A DNA stretch of 32,742 nt. Source: Perkinsus olseni (Eukaryota). The position numbers were made by a program, and so were the translations under genes. The DNA lies in contig JABANN010000399.1 in assembly GCA_013115125.1 (NCBI GenBank), positions 1 through 32,742 of the forward strand, in the 5' to 3' direction. The notes beneath the pieces were generated by a model. That model was not told the origin of the DNA, did no database searches, and saw nothing but the letters and a program-made list of their open reading frames with translations. Shown one piece after another: positions 1-9,739 of the stretch. How positions within the stretch are numbered: the first letter of the stretch is position 1; each line of letters opens with the position of its first letter.

Positions 1-71
1 ATCTTGGCTCAAGGTAAATATCAGGTCCGCTCGCTAGGCTGCAGCCGAAAGGTGAATGCCAGTGACGACCC
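1..71 (+). ncRNA. Spliced-leader RNA gene, copy 1 (5'-truncated by the window edge)
   Basis: 1-13 ATCTTGGCTCAAG is the 3' part of the SL exon, followed by GTAAAT. 1-221 is identical to 1940-2160. The 3' end is estimated from the intron stem-loop. Confidence 0.85.
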
Positions 72-221
72 TTGTTGTATATCATATAGCATGGACTATA
101 TCAGTCACCCCGTGACCCCCTGGACAACGTTTTATGCAAGCGTAGTGATTCAACGATGAGTGCAATCTGACAGGGGCGAGAATCCACGCGAGGGAAACAT
201 TGTCCAGAGGGTGCGGGGTTG
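1..221 (+). repeat. 221-bp direct repeat, copy 1 (SL RNA gene plus 3' flank)
   Basis: Reads identical to 1940-2160 (offset 1939); the sequences diverge after ...GTGCGGGGTTG. Confidence 0.95.
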
Positions 222-330
222 GAGCACTTGTGCGCGTGGCTTGCACGACTGCGCTGCATCACTCACGACACGCTCTGGCTCTCCGTGGAGCCGACTTACG
301 CTCATATCCGAACTTTATTGATTCCGTACT

Positions 331-403
331 TGACAGCAGCAGGAATCGAACCTGGGTCTTTTAAATGATAGGCGTGAAGACTAACCGCTGCGCTACAATG
401 GAA
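331..403 (-). pseudogene. Degenerate tRNA-like element (Asp/Glu-like, ATC at the anticodon position)
   Basis: Minus strand reads TTCCATTG-TAGCGCAGCGGTTAG (A box)...CT ATC AT...CCAGGTTCGATTCC (B box); 73 nt long. Acceptor and anticodon stems do not pair properly. Confidence 0.7.
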
Positions 404-560
404 GCGAAGCAGCTAACACCGTTAGCGACGACGCGGATTCTGATCGGCGATTCATTCTCGAGTCGGAGCTCTTCCATCCCTGAGTGCCGTCGCTCACCAA
501 CTCCTCTGACTCTGCGCAGAGCCTGGTCTGCTCATTTCGGTACATTGCCGACTCCGTACT

Positions 561-633
561 TTCCGACCCCGGGGATTGAACCTGCGCCCTACGAGTGATA
601 GCCGAGGATTCTAACCATTACGCTACGGTGGAA
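561..633 (-). pseudogene. Degenerate tRNA-like element (Glu/Asp-like, ATC at the anticodon position)
   Basis: Minus strand reads TTCCACCG-TAGCGTAATGGTTAG-AATCCTCGG CT ATC AC TCGTAGGGCGCA-GGTTCAATCCC-CGGGGTCGGAA. The acceptor stem pairs only with a bulge. It is offset exactly 230 bp from the first element. Confidence 0.72.
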
Positions 634-694
634 AGGTTGGCGGCCGATGACCCCCATGCGCAGCGACTTCGCAACATGGCATTTTCTCTATCAA

Positions 695-980
695 GCTGCG
701 TGAAATTTCGTCTTCCCCTTTCATGCCAGCTGCGCATTTCGCTTTCATCACTCATAGTCTATCATAGAGCGTCACCTGCACGGCAAATTCGCTTTCGTCT
801 CACTCGTCCACACAACACGATCAGCGTGCGTTGCTCTTTCGCGCAATCACAGTCAATCATAAACGAGGGTCTGCACGGCAATTTCGCTTTTATCGCTCAC
901 ACTCCCTCACAGTCTGCACACCGAGTTCGCGTTCACCTCCCACAGACTCTCACGATCTGCAGCCGGACTTCGTTTTTTAA
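695..980 (+). repeat. Degenerate ~43-bp minisatellite (CTGC-N4-7-TTCGyTTT...CTCAC)
   Basis: Units start near 696, 730, 776, 871, 914 and 957; e.g. CTGCACGGCAAATTCGCTTT (776) vs CTGCACGGCAATTTCGCTTT (871). Confidence 0.6.
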
Positions 981-1644
981 AGTGAAACTCATGTTCTTTC
1001 ACACACGCTCACACCCCATCAGTCGTCCCGACGAAGGGTCTTTCTCAGACGAAATTCGGAAGAAGTGGTATGCAGGAGTACTGCTCGATACCACATGATG
1101 TGGTCCACATCTCCCACAAATTGGCCGTAGGGTTATGCACCGACCATTTAAATGACCGTGTCACCGTCAGTTGGCTTCAATCCTCTCACAATTTGACGAC
1201 TTATGACTGCTTTACCTCGTTGCCCAATACATAGGGTGACTGGTGACACAACATGTAACGAGAAGAGATATCATATATATACCTTTCATTTTGAATCTCT
1301 GTGTCACCAATCACCACGACATCCAATTCCTAGTCATACAAATGACTTTCTCTCTCACGGGCCCTTACATTCAGCATCATCATGGGTGACACAGTGCCTT
1401 CTGCATCACAACCTGCACCATCCTTAGCATACCACTCCCCACTCAACGCACCGGACTTCTGGACAACATGGACTCTCGTAACCCATTGAGTTCGGCGATG
1501 GCTATGGCTGCGAGGCACGTGAAGTCAGAGATGGTGAGGGAATGCGTTCGAGCGGATAGAAAGGCAGTAGTTGGGAATAGTGCCGACATCAACTCGAGAT
1601 TGATTGCTGCGCGGTGGGGGAGGTCCAGGGAGGTGGTCGCCCGG

Positions 1645-1655
1645 AGAATCGAACC
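1645..1655 (-). promoter_or_regulatory. Pol III B-box-like motif
   Basis: Minus strand GGTTCGATTCT. 1646-1660 (GAATCGAACCTGGGT) is identical to 343-357 in the first tRNA-like element. Confidence 0.5.
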
Positions 1656-1831
1656 TGGGTGGGAAGTCGGAGACGCGCATGACAAGATATCGGCCTGGGA
1701 CGAGTCGGAACAAGCTGGAACAGGCAGACGTAGGAACTGATGGTTCTGGAGGCATGAGCGAACCGGACCTCGCGCAAGCCAAAATGAATAGATCACGAGG
1801 AGATAGTCTGTGGCGAGAAGTGAAGTCTGTG

Positions 1832-1842
1832 GGAATCGAACC
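1832..1842 (-). promoter_or_regulatory. Pol III B-box ~90 bp upstream of, and divergent from, the SL RNA gene
   Basis: Minus strand GGTTCGATTCC is a perfect match to the GGTTCGANTCC consensus. Confidence 0.55.
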
Positions 1843-1930
1843 AGCGCAAGATTCCATACACAATATAATATTGTGTGCGCGCGGGTATTTTATGCTACCA
1901 GCACGACCACAACCTAGACCCCTATAGGTT

Positions 1931-2010
1931 ACCGTAGCCATCTTGGCTCAAGGTAAATATCAGGTCCGCTCGCTAGGCTGCAGCCGAAAGGTGAATGCCA
2001 GTGACGACCC
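1931..2010 (+). ncRNA. Spliced-leader (SL) RNA gene, copy 2; exon 1931-1952
   Basis: ACCGTAGCCATCTTGGCTCAAG (Perkinsus 22-nt SL; the dinoflagellate SL is DCCGTAGCCATTTTGGCTCAAG) is immediately followed by a GT donor. The intron folds into a stem-loop (1963-2009) capped by GAAA. The 3' end is approximate. Confidence 0.92.
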
Positions 2011-2160
2011 TTGTTGTATATCATATAGCATGGACTATATCAGTCACCCCGTGACCCCCTGGACAACGTTTTATGCAAGCGTAGTGATTCAACGATGAGT
2101 GCAATCTGACAGGGGCGAGAATCCACGCGAGGGAAACATTGTCCAGAGGGTGCGGGGTTG
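1940..2160 (+). repeat. 221-bp direct repeat, copy 2
   Basis: Identical to 1-221. Confidence 0.95.
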
Positions 2161-4094
2161 CTCGACAATGCCGAAGGTCGAACCTGATACAGGACATATT
2201 ACCACGATACAGGAGAGTAATGTTCATTCTCCAGGAACGTCACCCGAAACCCGATGAACTTCATCGCTTCATCAGATGAAGCGTATGCGCATCGAATGAA
2301 ATGCCATGATTATGAACGACACCCACATAAGGAAAGCGTGGTAGCTCACCTCGACCAGATAACACCTCACTTGGCAGCAGTGAATAGCGGAAACCAAGCG
2401 TCGGTGGCCACATATTTCTTTTGCTCGATAGTCAGGCTATCCATTGTCCATAGGGGAAAAGCTCAGGTTTCTGAGTGACTAGGCGCTAGGTTCGCACGTA
2501 CAGTTGTAAAGAGAGGTTGAGGACAACCGGCCTACCTCAAACACGGTTGAGGGGAGCCCCCAGTAGCGAGTCACTACTCCTGTATAATGTTCACGCGCAC
2601 TCGCTGCCTTACTTAGTCTTGAAGATACTGTAGCCGATATCGTCGCACATACCACGGAGACCATTCTTGGGCAAGCCGCGCCTGCTGGCTTCGTGGACCA
2701 TATCGATAAGCGTGCTGCGCGGCACTACAGTACCTAAATGAGCTGCTTTGTATTCGTCGTTTTGCCGCACCCGACGCATATCTCGCGGACATTCTAAGCA
2801 TGACGCGTAACGAGCGAGTGGGATACAACGAAATTATAGGACTGATGGGGACTTCCACCGCCGCGGGACTTAAGTGCTCGTTGTCAGGGCGGAAAAGGAA
2901 AACTCCATCCGACATGGTAGCGATTCGAATCTGACGAGCAGCAATCCCCGACAGAGAGAGTACAGCAGGACTCACCAGAGAGATCGGGTTTCTTGTCATT
3001 CCGGTTTCCCAGTTCCACTCGAAGTGATAGGGCAGCATAAACGTGGAGAGGGAGCAGGTACACATCTTTTTGACCGAGTTCGGGAAGTTCAGCGCCTACA
3101 AATTTAGTTCACACTTCAACTCGGTCTGATCTCCTATGCCAGACGATGACTGGCTGAAATGGGGTCACTGCGCGTGCTGACTCACCACGCGCGCGCATAC
3201 GAAACAAACCATGTTGTGCAACCATTCTAGGCCGAGCGCCAAACTTTCAGACTGGGTGGACTCCACCCCTTTCGACCCAGTGGGCGCAGTAAGGCCTTTA
3301 GTAAGCAAAGAATATCCATCCCAGGAGAATACCCCACGATAGTACTTCCATGCTGATTCCATGCCCGTGCTCCATGCCATTTAACTCCCAGGCAGAGCTG
3401 AGTTACCATCGCATGAAGAAATGCGGAGATGATTCGGGGTGCATTAGATAAGGACCATTCAGCCCTCCGTCACAACTATACCCAACGCTTCCACATTCAC
3501 CGTTACTCAGAATAAAGTACACCATCTAATTCCATCCTAGAACTCGTCGTCGTGCAGAGCTCACGAGTCGTGTGCAGTCGAAGTTCCGAGACAGTCGGCG
3601 TGCATCTGGTCATATATCTCGTCATCTAACAGGAAGTTCCCAAACTGGAGTACGCAGTTTACACTACGGTGGTTTCCAGAGAAGGACTCCCCGGAGTGTT
3701 GGACTCGTATTCAGGCAACACAGGTAGCCTTATTTTCGTGGAGACTAGTTGGCCCGTGAGGGGGCTTCATCAGCTATCCCAATTAGGGTTCCTACGATCA
3801 TCCGTCGGGTGGCATCTTTACTGATCGCTCAGTCAACCACGCGCTTATCCAGATCGTAGATGATAATTATCAGCGAGAAATACGGAATGATTAACCGACC
3901 GAGGCCCCGCAGGGACTGTCATAAGTGTGACATACTCATCGGACTCCAACACATATGGTACATCATGCAAATACCGAGTACTGGGCGCGCTTCAATGGAC
4001 TCATAAGCATCGGATCGACTTACTCATACGACATACCAATCAAGAAAATAGAAATACGATATCATGCAAATGGGATGCTTCCGATAGGGTCGAT

Positions 4095-5156
4095 TTACCC
4101 GCCGGAGCTCCTCACCCTCTTCGTCTTTGAATCGTCATCACCGTCATATCCCAATTGTAGTGTAGTGACATAGAGCAGTGGATACGCATCATACAGCTTT
4201 AGCATGTAGTCCCAGCCTCGCAGGGATACCCTCCAGTCCCCATTCACCATAATAGATGACACCTCAATATCCTCACCAAAGTAAAAGATAGCATCCTCTG
4301 GCTCTGTGAGGAATTTATCTTCATACACATCGTAGACGCCGAAGAAGTTCATATCGCCTTTCCTGTAGAAGACACCGCAGCAGGCATTGCCTTGAGTCCC
4401 GGGAACGAACTTCACCGCCTCAGCATTCACTTCCTCACTCTCATGGATGGAACCATCACTCTGCCAAACACAGATGCGAACGGACCTCCCATGAATCCAG
4501 CTACGCTTCTGGGGTTGCTCCCTCTTTCGGAGTAGAGCCTTCACCACTTTCCCGTCCTCAACGATGGCATCTTCGAACGTGAACAAATTCTCGCTCTTTT
4601 CAGACCCCTTGGGCAAGGTCATGACATTATGCCACTTACCAGCAGTCTGCATCATGTATATCTTGCCAGACTTTCCCACGGCCAAGAGTTCCTTACCACA
4701 AGCGTCAGCAGTCAGCTCCATTATTGGCTCAGGTAGTTCCATAGGTTTACCCATCTTCCCTCCAAGAGGCTTGTGGCGGACGTGCTCCTGATCCTGTTTG
4801 ATAACAAAGTAGAACGCGCCACCAAATATACAACCAGTTGCGAACTTCCCCTTGAACGACCCCAGGGAACTTATGAATCGCTTGAAGGACACACTTCTGG
4901 GATAGTCTTTCATTTCTTGAACATCGAAGAAGAACAATGAGAAGCCAGAAGTGGTCCGCTTATAAGAGAATATTCCAAGCGAATATCTTTCGTCGTCGCC
5001 ATAGTAAGCCATTGAGAGATGTTTGTCTAGGCGGGCAGCATAGGTCTTGGCCCCTACCAGCTTGCGAGTGGTCGGCAAGCGCATAATCTTCCTTTTCATC
5101 GAGGCATGGTCGTCCACCATTCCACACCGATCTTTGTCATCAGCAGCTGTTGCCAT
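4095..5156 (-). CDS. Hypothetical protein, 353 aa, intronless
   Basis: Long ATG-initiated ORF with protein-like composition rich in short beta-strand-like segments; no family recognised. Confidence 0.75.
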   Translation of the reverse strand: MATAADDKDRCGMVDDHASMKRKIMRLPTTRKLVGAKTYAARLDKHLSMAYYGDDERYSLGIFSYKRTTSGFSLFFFDVQEMKDYPRSVSFKRFISSLGSFKGKFATGCIFGGAFYFVIKQDQEHVRHKPLGGKMGKPMELPEPIMELTADACGKELLAVGKSGKIYMMQTAGKWHNVMTLPKGSEKSENLFTFEDAIVEDGKVVKALLRKREQPQKRSWIHGRSVRICVWQSDGSIHESEEVNAEAVKFVPGTQGNACCGVFYRKGDMNFFGVYDVYEDKFLTEPEDAIFYFGEDIEVSSIMVNGDWRVSLRGWDYMLKLYDAYPLLYVTTLQLGYDGDDDSKTKRVRSSGG

Positions 5157-6417
5157 GATTGAGTAGAACGCCAGAAAGTCCTGGAATTCGACGGGGCTGT
5201 CACTGGTAGTCTACACGAGAAATGGAAGAGAGACCAGCGCGACCCTGCGGCACAGTAATAGTTCGTCTAGTGCACTTCTTCATAGTGGTCATTCAATCCT
5301 CAATTCTGTCGGAAGGGAATTTGATCACCCCTGAGGGAAGTAGACGTCACTCCAATGATTGTGCCCTTCAAGTGCATGGAAGTGAGCTTTGAAGCACGCT
5401 AGTAGCGCTGCGTTACCCGCATCTCAAAACTGTAGCTGCTGTTGTCTCAAAGGTACGTGTGTGGAACCCGGTAAACGCGCCAACACGAATAGTATACTCC
5501 AACAAAGAAGTGGCCCATGCCCCCCATTGACGTTGGAACGCCACATGTGGATTGGCCTAGGCAGAGACAATTTGAGTAAATCCCTTCACAATATGATCGA
5601 CGCAGTCCTGTATAACTCGTTCACTACGCAAAAGGTCACGGCTCAGACCCAGCGATAGTACCATCCGAGTGCCTGAGAAGAATGGAGAAGCAAATACAAT
5701 GTGTGATCACACCTCAAACCTACAGATTGGCCCTCCATAGCTACGACTGAGACTCTGCAGAGCGATGCGGGGGAGAATTGTGACTTCGCTGAGCATCCTT
5801 CTGTCGCCGAAGAGAACTTTGGTCTCGAAACCAACAGAACCGTCCAGGATTGAGTTAGAGACGGTAGTGTCCATCTGAAAAGCATCACAATAATTGCTCG
5901 TGTCAAGAATGATGTGACGAAAAAACTCGGACTGGACCAGCGGATTGCACTTACTATTGCACCAATACTTCCAGTCGTAGAAATAGTCACGAACAGCGTA
6001 CTCCCAGACTTCGTGATTGCCAAGCTAGCGGTCGCGCAATCCAGTGGTACGTTTGCAGTATAGGAAGATGGCGCATCCACTGGCATTTGGTTTCCCAAGG
6101 TAACCGTGCAGGGACTATTCCTATCAGGCGACTGCACGTCATCAAACAAGGTCTGATTTGGGGGCAGAGTGTCCATTGAGGGGTGATCAACATCACTGAG
6201 CAGTCAGCCAGGATTCCTAAGCACATTGTGACGCTAATCCAAGAACGCAGCACCGAGTCATGTACAGAGATAAAACCAGTAATCAAATGACAGTCCGCTA
6301 TTCGAATCCGCCCAAGTAGAAGCAACGAGCACATTATCATCCTGGATGATTCATCCAACATTTTCAGATAAAATAGAAAGAAGCTCACAGGAATACACCA
6401 CGCTCAGGCAGGATAGC

Positions 6418-7458
6418 CTAAATCAGCCACATGCTGCCGAGGAAGATTTCATCCTCCTTCCTATCCTCGTACTCATAGACTATCCGACCACTTCTGAGCA
6501 CATGCACATTGTTTGTGACAAAACCTTCGAAGTCCGCCGAGGTGTGGAGTATGACACCGACAAGAACATCTATCACGTGCACCCGTAGAGAGTGAGATAG
6601 AGATGTTGCAGCGACTAGGCCGACCTTGTCAGGAATAACGCAGCAATCCAACAGCGGCTGGCCGCTCGAGAATGATAGGGTGCTACCGTTCACTTGCATA
6701 TAGAGGATACCACGGTTAGAGTAGAAGTTGTATGCACATTGCCAACTCTCCGACGAAACGAAAACATCCAAAGAGTACGTCGACTCAGGTTGTGCGGGTC
6801 GAGAAATTCCTTCACCACCATGTGGCGTCGCATCTCGTGAACGGAGTCGGCCCATTAGAGCAGAGAAAGGGTCCTTGTGCATTGGCAGAGCGTTGAACCA
6901 AAAGTACCACGCAGATGACGGCGAATAAGATTCCGAGGAGCAGAAACGGCACTCAGCTCGAAAAGTGAGACAAAAGAGGTAGCCGCCAGAGGCTAGAACC
7001 CTACCATCAAAATCGATCGGAATAGATGCGATCTCTTCATTCGAATTGCAAGACCACCTCCGTAGTTTGGGCTCGTCCTCAACTTTGTAATAAACTATTC
7101 CGTTGTGATGCAGTACCGAAGTAACCGGCAATCCAGCAGGTAAGCTCATCAGGTGAGTATCCCCCGATGACATATCATGATTTAGAATCCGATCGTCGGA
7201 ACTCCGGCAAACCGCTACTGCATCATTCCCAGTACCACTGCCTATAATGCTCATGGAGGATGCCCACGGATCGGAATGAGGTCGGGTGAAACTCGTAGGC
7301 GAATGAGACTTCGTATAGCGCCAAATGGTTTCCCTGATCCCTAGGAACCCTTCATCAATTATGGAAGACAGCAATCCGATTCTCATAGCCTCTGGCTCGC
7401 GTCTCAATTGCAGAGGATGAGCTTTGGGCACCTCAGGAGCTGAGGGAATGTTGGGCAT
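6418..7458 (-). CDS. Hypothetical protein, ~346 aa, apparently intronless
   Basis: Long ORF; first ATG at 7458 (the track's 7470 start is TTG). Possible beta-propeller-like segments; no family recognised. Confidence 0.7.
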   Translation of the reverse strand: MPNIPSAPEVPKAHPLQLRREPEAMRIGLLSSIIDEGFLGIRETIWRYTKSHSPTSFTRPHSDPWASSMSIIGSGTGNDAVAVCRSSDDRILNHDMSSGDTHLMSLPAGLPVTSVLHHNGIVYYKVEDEPKLRRWSCNSNEEIASIPIDFDGRVLASGGYLFCLTFRAECRFCSSESYSPSSAWYFWFNALPMHKDPFSALMGRLRSRDATPHGGEGISRPAQPESTYSLDVFVSSESWQCAYNFYSNRGILYMQVNGSTLSFSSGQPLLDCCVIPDKVGLVAATSLSHSLRVHVIDVLVGVILHTSADFEGFVTNNVHVLRSGRIVYEYEDRKEDEIFLGSMWLI

Positions 7459-7636
7459 CGAGTCAGGCAAACAAAAACTGATCGTATGGATAACTTGGCT
7501 ATCGCGATTTCAAAGTCCAGTCCCCCTGAGCACGAGAACGGAAGCCAATGGGTGAGCAGAGAGCTTGAAACAGTAACAGGTACGTTAAAATACTGACGCG
7601 CCAAATCAATGGCTGCCACTCAGAGCATCAATGGTT

Positions 7637-9739
7637 TCATCCGTGGATCATAGTAACAGCAACTTGAGCCAACTACAATGCACGAGGAGGGTAACTCACG
7701 ACGCCGTCGAAATGGTAGCCGCCAGCTTACCTCTAAAACAACCTCAAGGATGATGAGTATTATCACTATAACTTCCAGCTTATTGCCGTGTTCGACGTTC
7801 AATTCGTTCTGAGGGGCATTGGTCGATCAGTTTCTAGTTGGAGGCCAGATCCTCTACCTGAATCATCTCGTACATATCCTTCATGATATCAAGCTTTTGA
7901 TTCAACACATCCAGTCGCTTATGGACATCAAGATAATCTCGGCACATATCATACACTCTCTCGATGAGATCAAACTCCCTAAAAGGTGGAAGCAGTAGCA
8001 TTCGGGATACGAGCCTGCTGAGCGCCTACCAGAACACGTCTGGGGTATCCAGAATATCACTATGAAGATTTATGTTACTCCGTTGGACAAAGAGTTCACC
8101 CATCTGAAGGAAGAAAGATCTCGTTTGCAGGGCTCCTTGAGGTGCTCACTACCTTCTTTGTAACCTCCGTAATGCCGATACCTATCTTACCCGTTCGGGC
8201 TAGGTTCTCTGGAATATTCCGGGTGCCTTGGATTGTACGATCAATCGACCACTCGAACAGGTCGAGCTTCACCGATTGGCCGAAGGCGTAGCTGTATGCA
8301 AGACGCTCGTACCTTAAAGAGAAAAGGCGTAATATGAGCTGTGGTAGATTGCATGGAGATCTCACACGCCATCCGTCGAGAGACGTATATCATCATTCAC
8401 AATAGTAGACTGATGTCTCTCTTCCTCGGTCTCTTCTGTTCGGGCACACGCCGGAGTGTAACTATCATAGGGGAAAGTCAGATGAGGTGTGCAGTAATTC
8501 AAGAATGCTACACCATGTAATCATCGAAAGTCTCTGCTGCCGGTTTTCGAACATACCTGACATACGGGCATTCACGTCGATAAGAAGCTCATCGCCCTGA
8601 CGAAGCGTACGGTCGGATAACATGTAGCAGTTTCCGTCCTTCAGCAGCAGTTAGGCCCCAGAAGACGATGCATCCGAAGTCGAAGAGAAAACAGTCTAAC
8701 CTGCAGGAGACCACGATCCCCCCGACCCAGTTGCAGGATAATGCCATTCATGAGTAACATGGGGTCATTCGAGTGGTATCTACGGTTGATCATGATACGC
8801 AGCGGCGTGCTCACCAGTCAAACGTCTTCATATGAATCACCTCCGGATCGAGAACCTGCGAATACGATGATATGAGATGCGTCTCAAGCGGCATACGCTG
8901 CATACATCTAACTCCAATACTATTCCTTCCAATCCTTCGGATTCAGCAGTCGACGATAGAGGCTTCCGAGGGTTCGCAGCCTTACCACCTTAGCAACTCG
9001 TGAATGCTAGTACGATGACGCGCAAGAATCTCGTCTGACCTGTGACCATCTCCCATCTGCTAGCTATTGCTCTCAAATCTATCTTGTCACCGATGGCAAT
9101 ACTGTAAACACGCCCGGCAGACTCATCGTGCTTCCGATCTACGAATGAAATAAGCTGAATCGCCGGACAACTTCTGGCATTCTACGGCTTCGTACTACCA
9201 GTTACGTTTTTCCGCCTGCGACGTCCCGCTATAACCCCTCCAACTTGCTCTGTCTTCATCCGTGCAGCGATAACCTCGTCGGTGGTACTCACCAAGGGTA
9301 CAGCATTGACGTGGCTGAAGTGTCACAACGCTACAGGAATCCGCGTGATCTCCCGGAGCTACCTTTCACTCTGTTGGCTCTTAGGTGTACCGGCATCCGA
9401 CCGCGAGTTACCAACGTTGAAGTTGACCCCAGCCTGATCCGAACCGGGCCTCGGAGATGCTGCTTCGGAATACCGAGGTGAGGGAGGTTGCTGAAAGTTC
9501 ACGGTCCAGTCACCCGATCGACCTAAGGTAGAGGACGACTCTTCAAGGAGCCTAGGACCTCGCAGCTGGTTACTTTGATGTCGAGGAGGATGGGAATGTT
9601 CAACCTCAATATCCAACGAATGCTGGCTGACTAACGACGTTCTCCGAGATGGCTCTGCCCAGGAGGCGGGGATGAACTCCGGTGGGGTACTGCTCGCAAG
9701 AAGCCGAGCCCTCAGGTCATCTGCACGAGAGTCCGCCAT
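7637..9739 (-). CDS. RMD1/Sif2-family (DUF155) protein, multi-exon
   Basis: Spliced translation gives CFLFDFGCIVFWG, ERLAYSYAFGQSVKLDLFE, INLHSDILDTPDVFWE, YLDVHKRLDVLNQKLD and LEVIVIILIILEVVLE. Last exon LAQVAVTMIHG*; low-complexity N-terminus. Confidence 0.88.

Noticed and set aside
158-166. ATTGCACT on the minus strand (U1/U2 loop-like), and GATGA/CTGA as snoRNA boxes
   Set aside because: No enclosing stem, no U1 5' end or U2 branch-recognition sequence, and box C is incomplete.
331-633. Functional tRNA-Asp(ATC) genes
   Set aside because: Acceptor, anticodon and T stems have multiple mismatches; treated as tRNA-like elements instead.
365-1941. Short ORFs in the SL spacer
   Set aside because: They overlap tRNA-like elements and repeats and show no protein motifs.
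1-2160. 221-bp direct repeats as LTRs of a retroelement
   Set aside because: No TG...CA ends, PBS/PPT or gag/pol; the repeat is explained by the SL RNA gene.
5389-6388. ORFs 5643-6176 and 5987-6388 (minus) and a nearly open plus frame
   Set aside because: Non-ATG starts, no motifs and no consistent exon model; a degraded gene cannot be excluded.
7663-7672. TTGGCTCAAG on the minus strand matching the SL 3' end (possible SL relic)
   Set aside because: Only 10 nt, and it encodes LAQ at the start of the last RMD1-family exon; likely coincidence.
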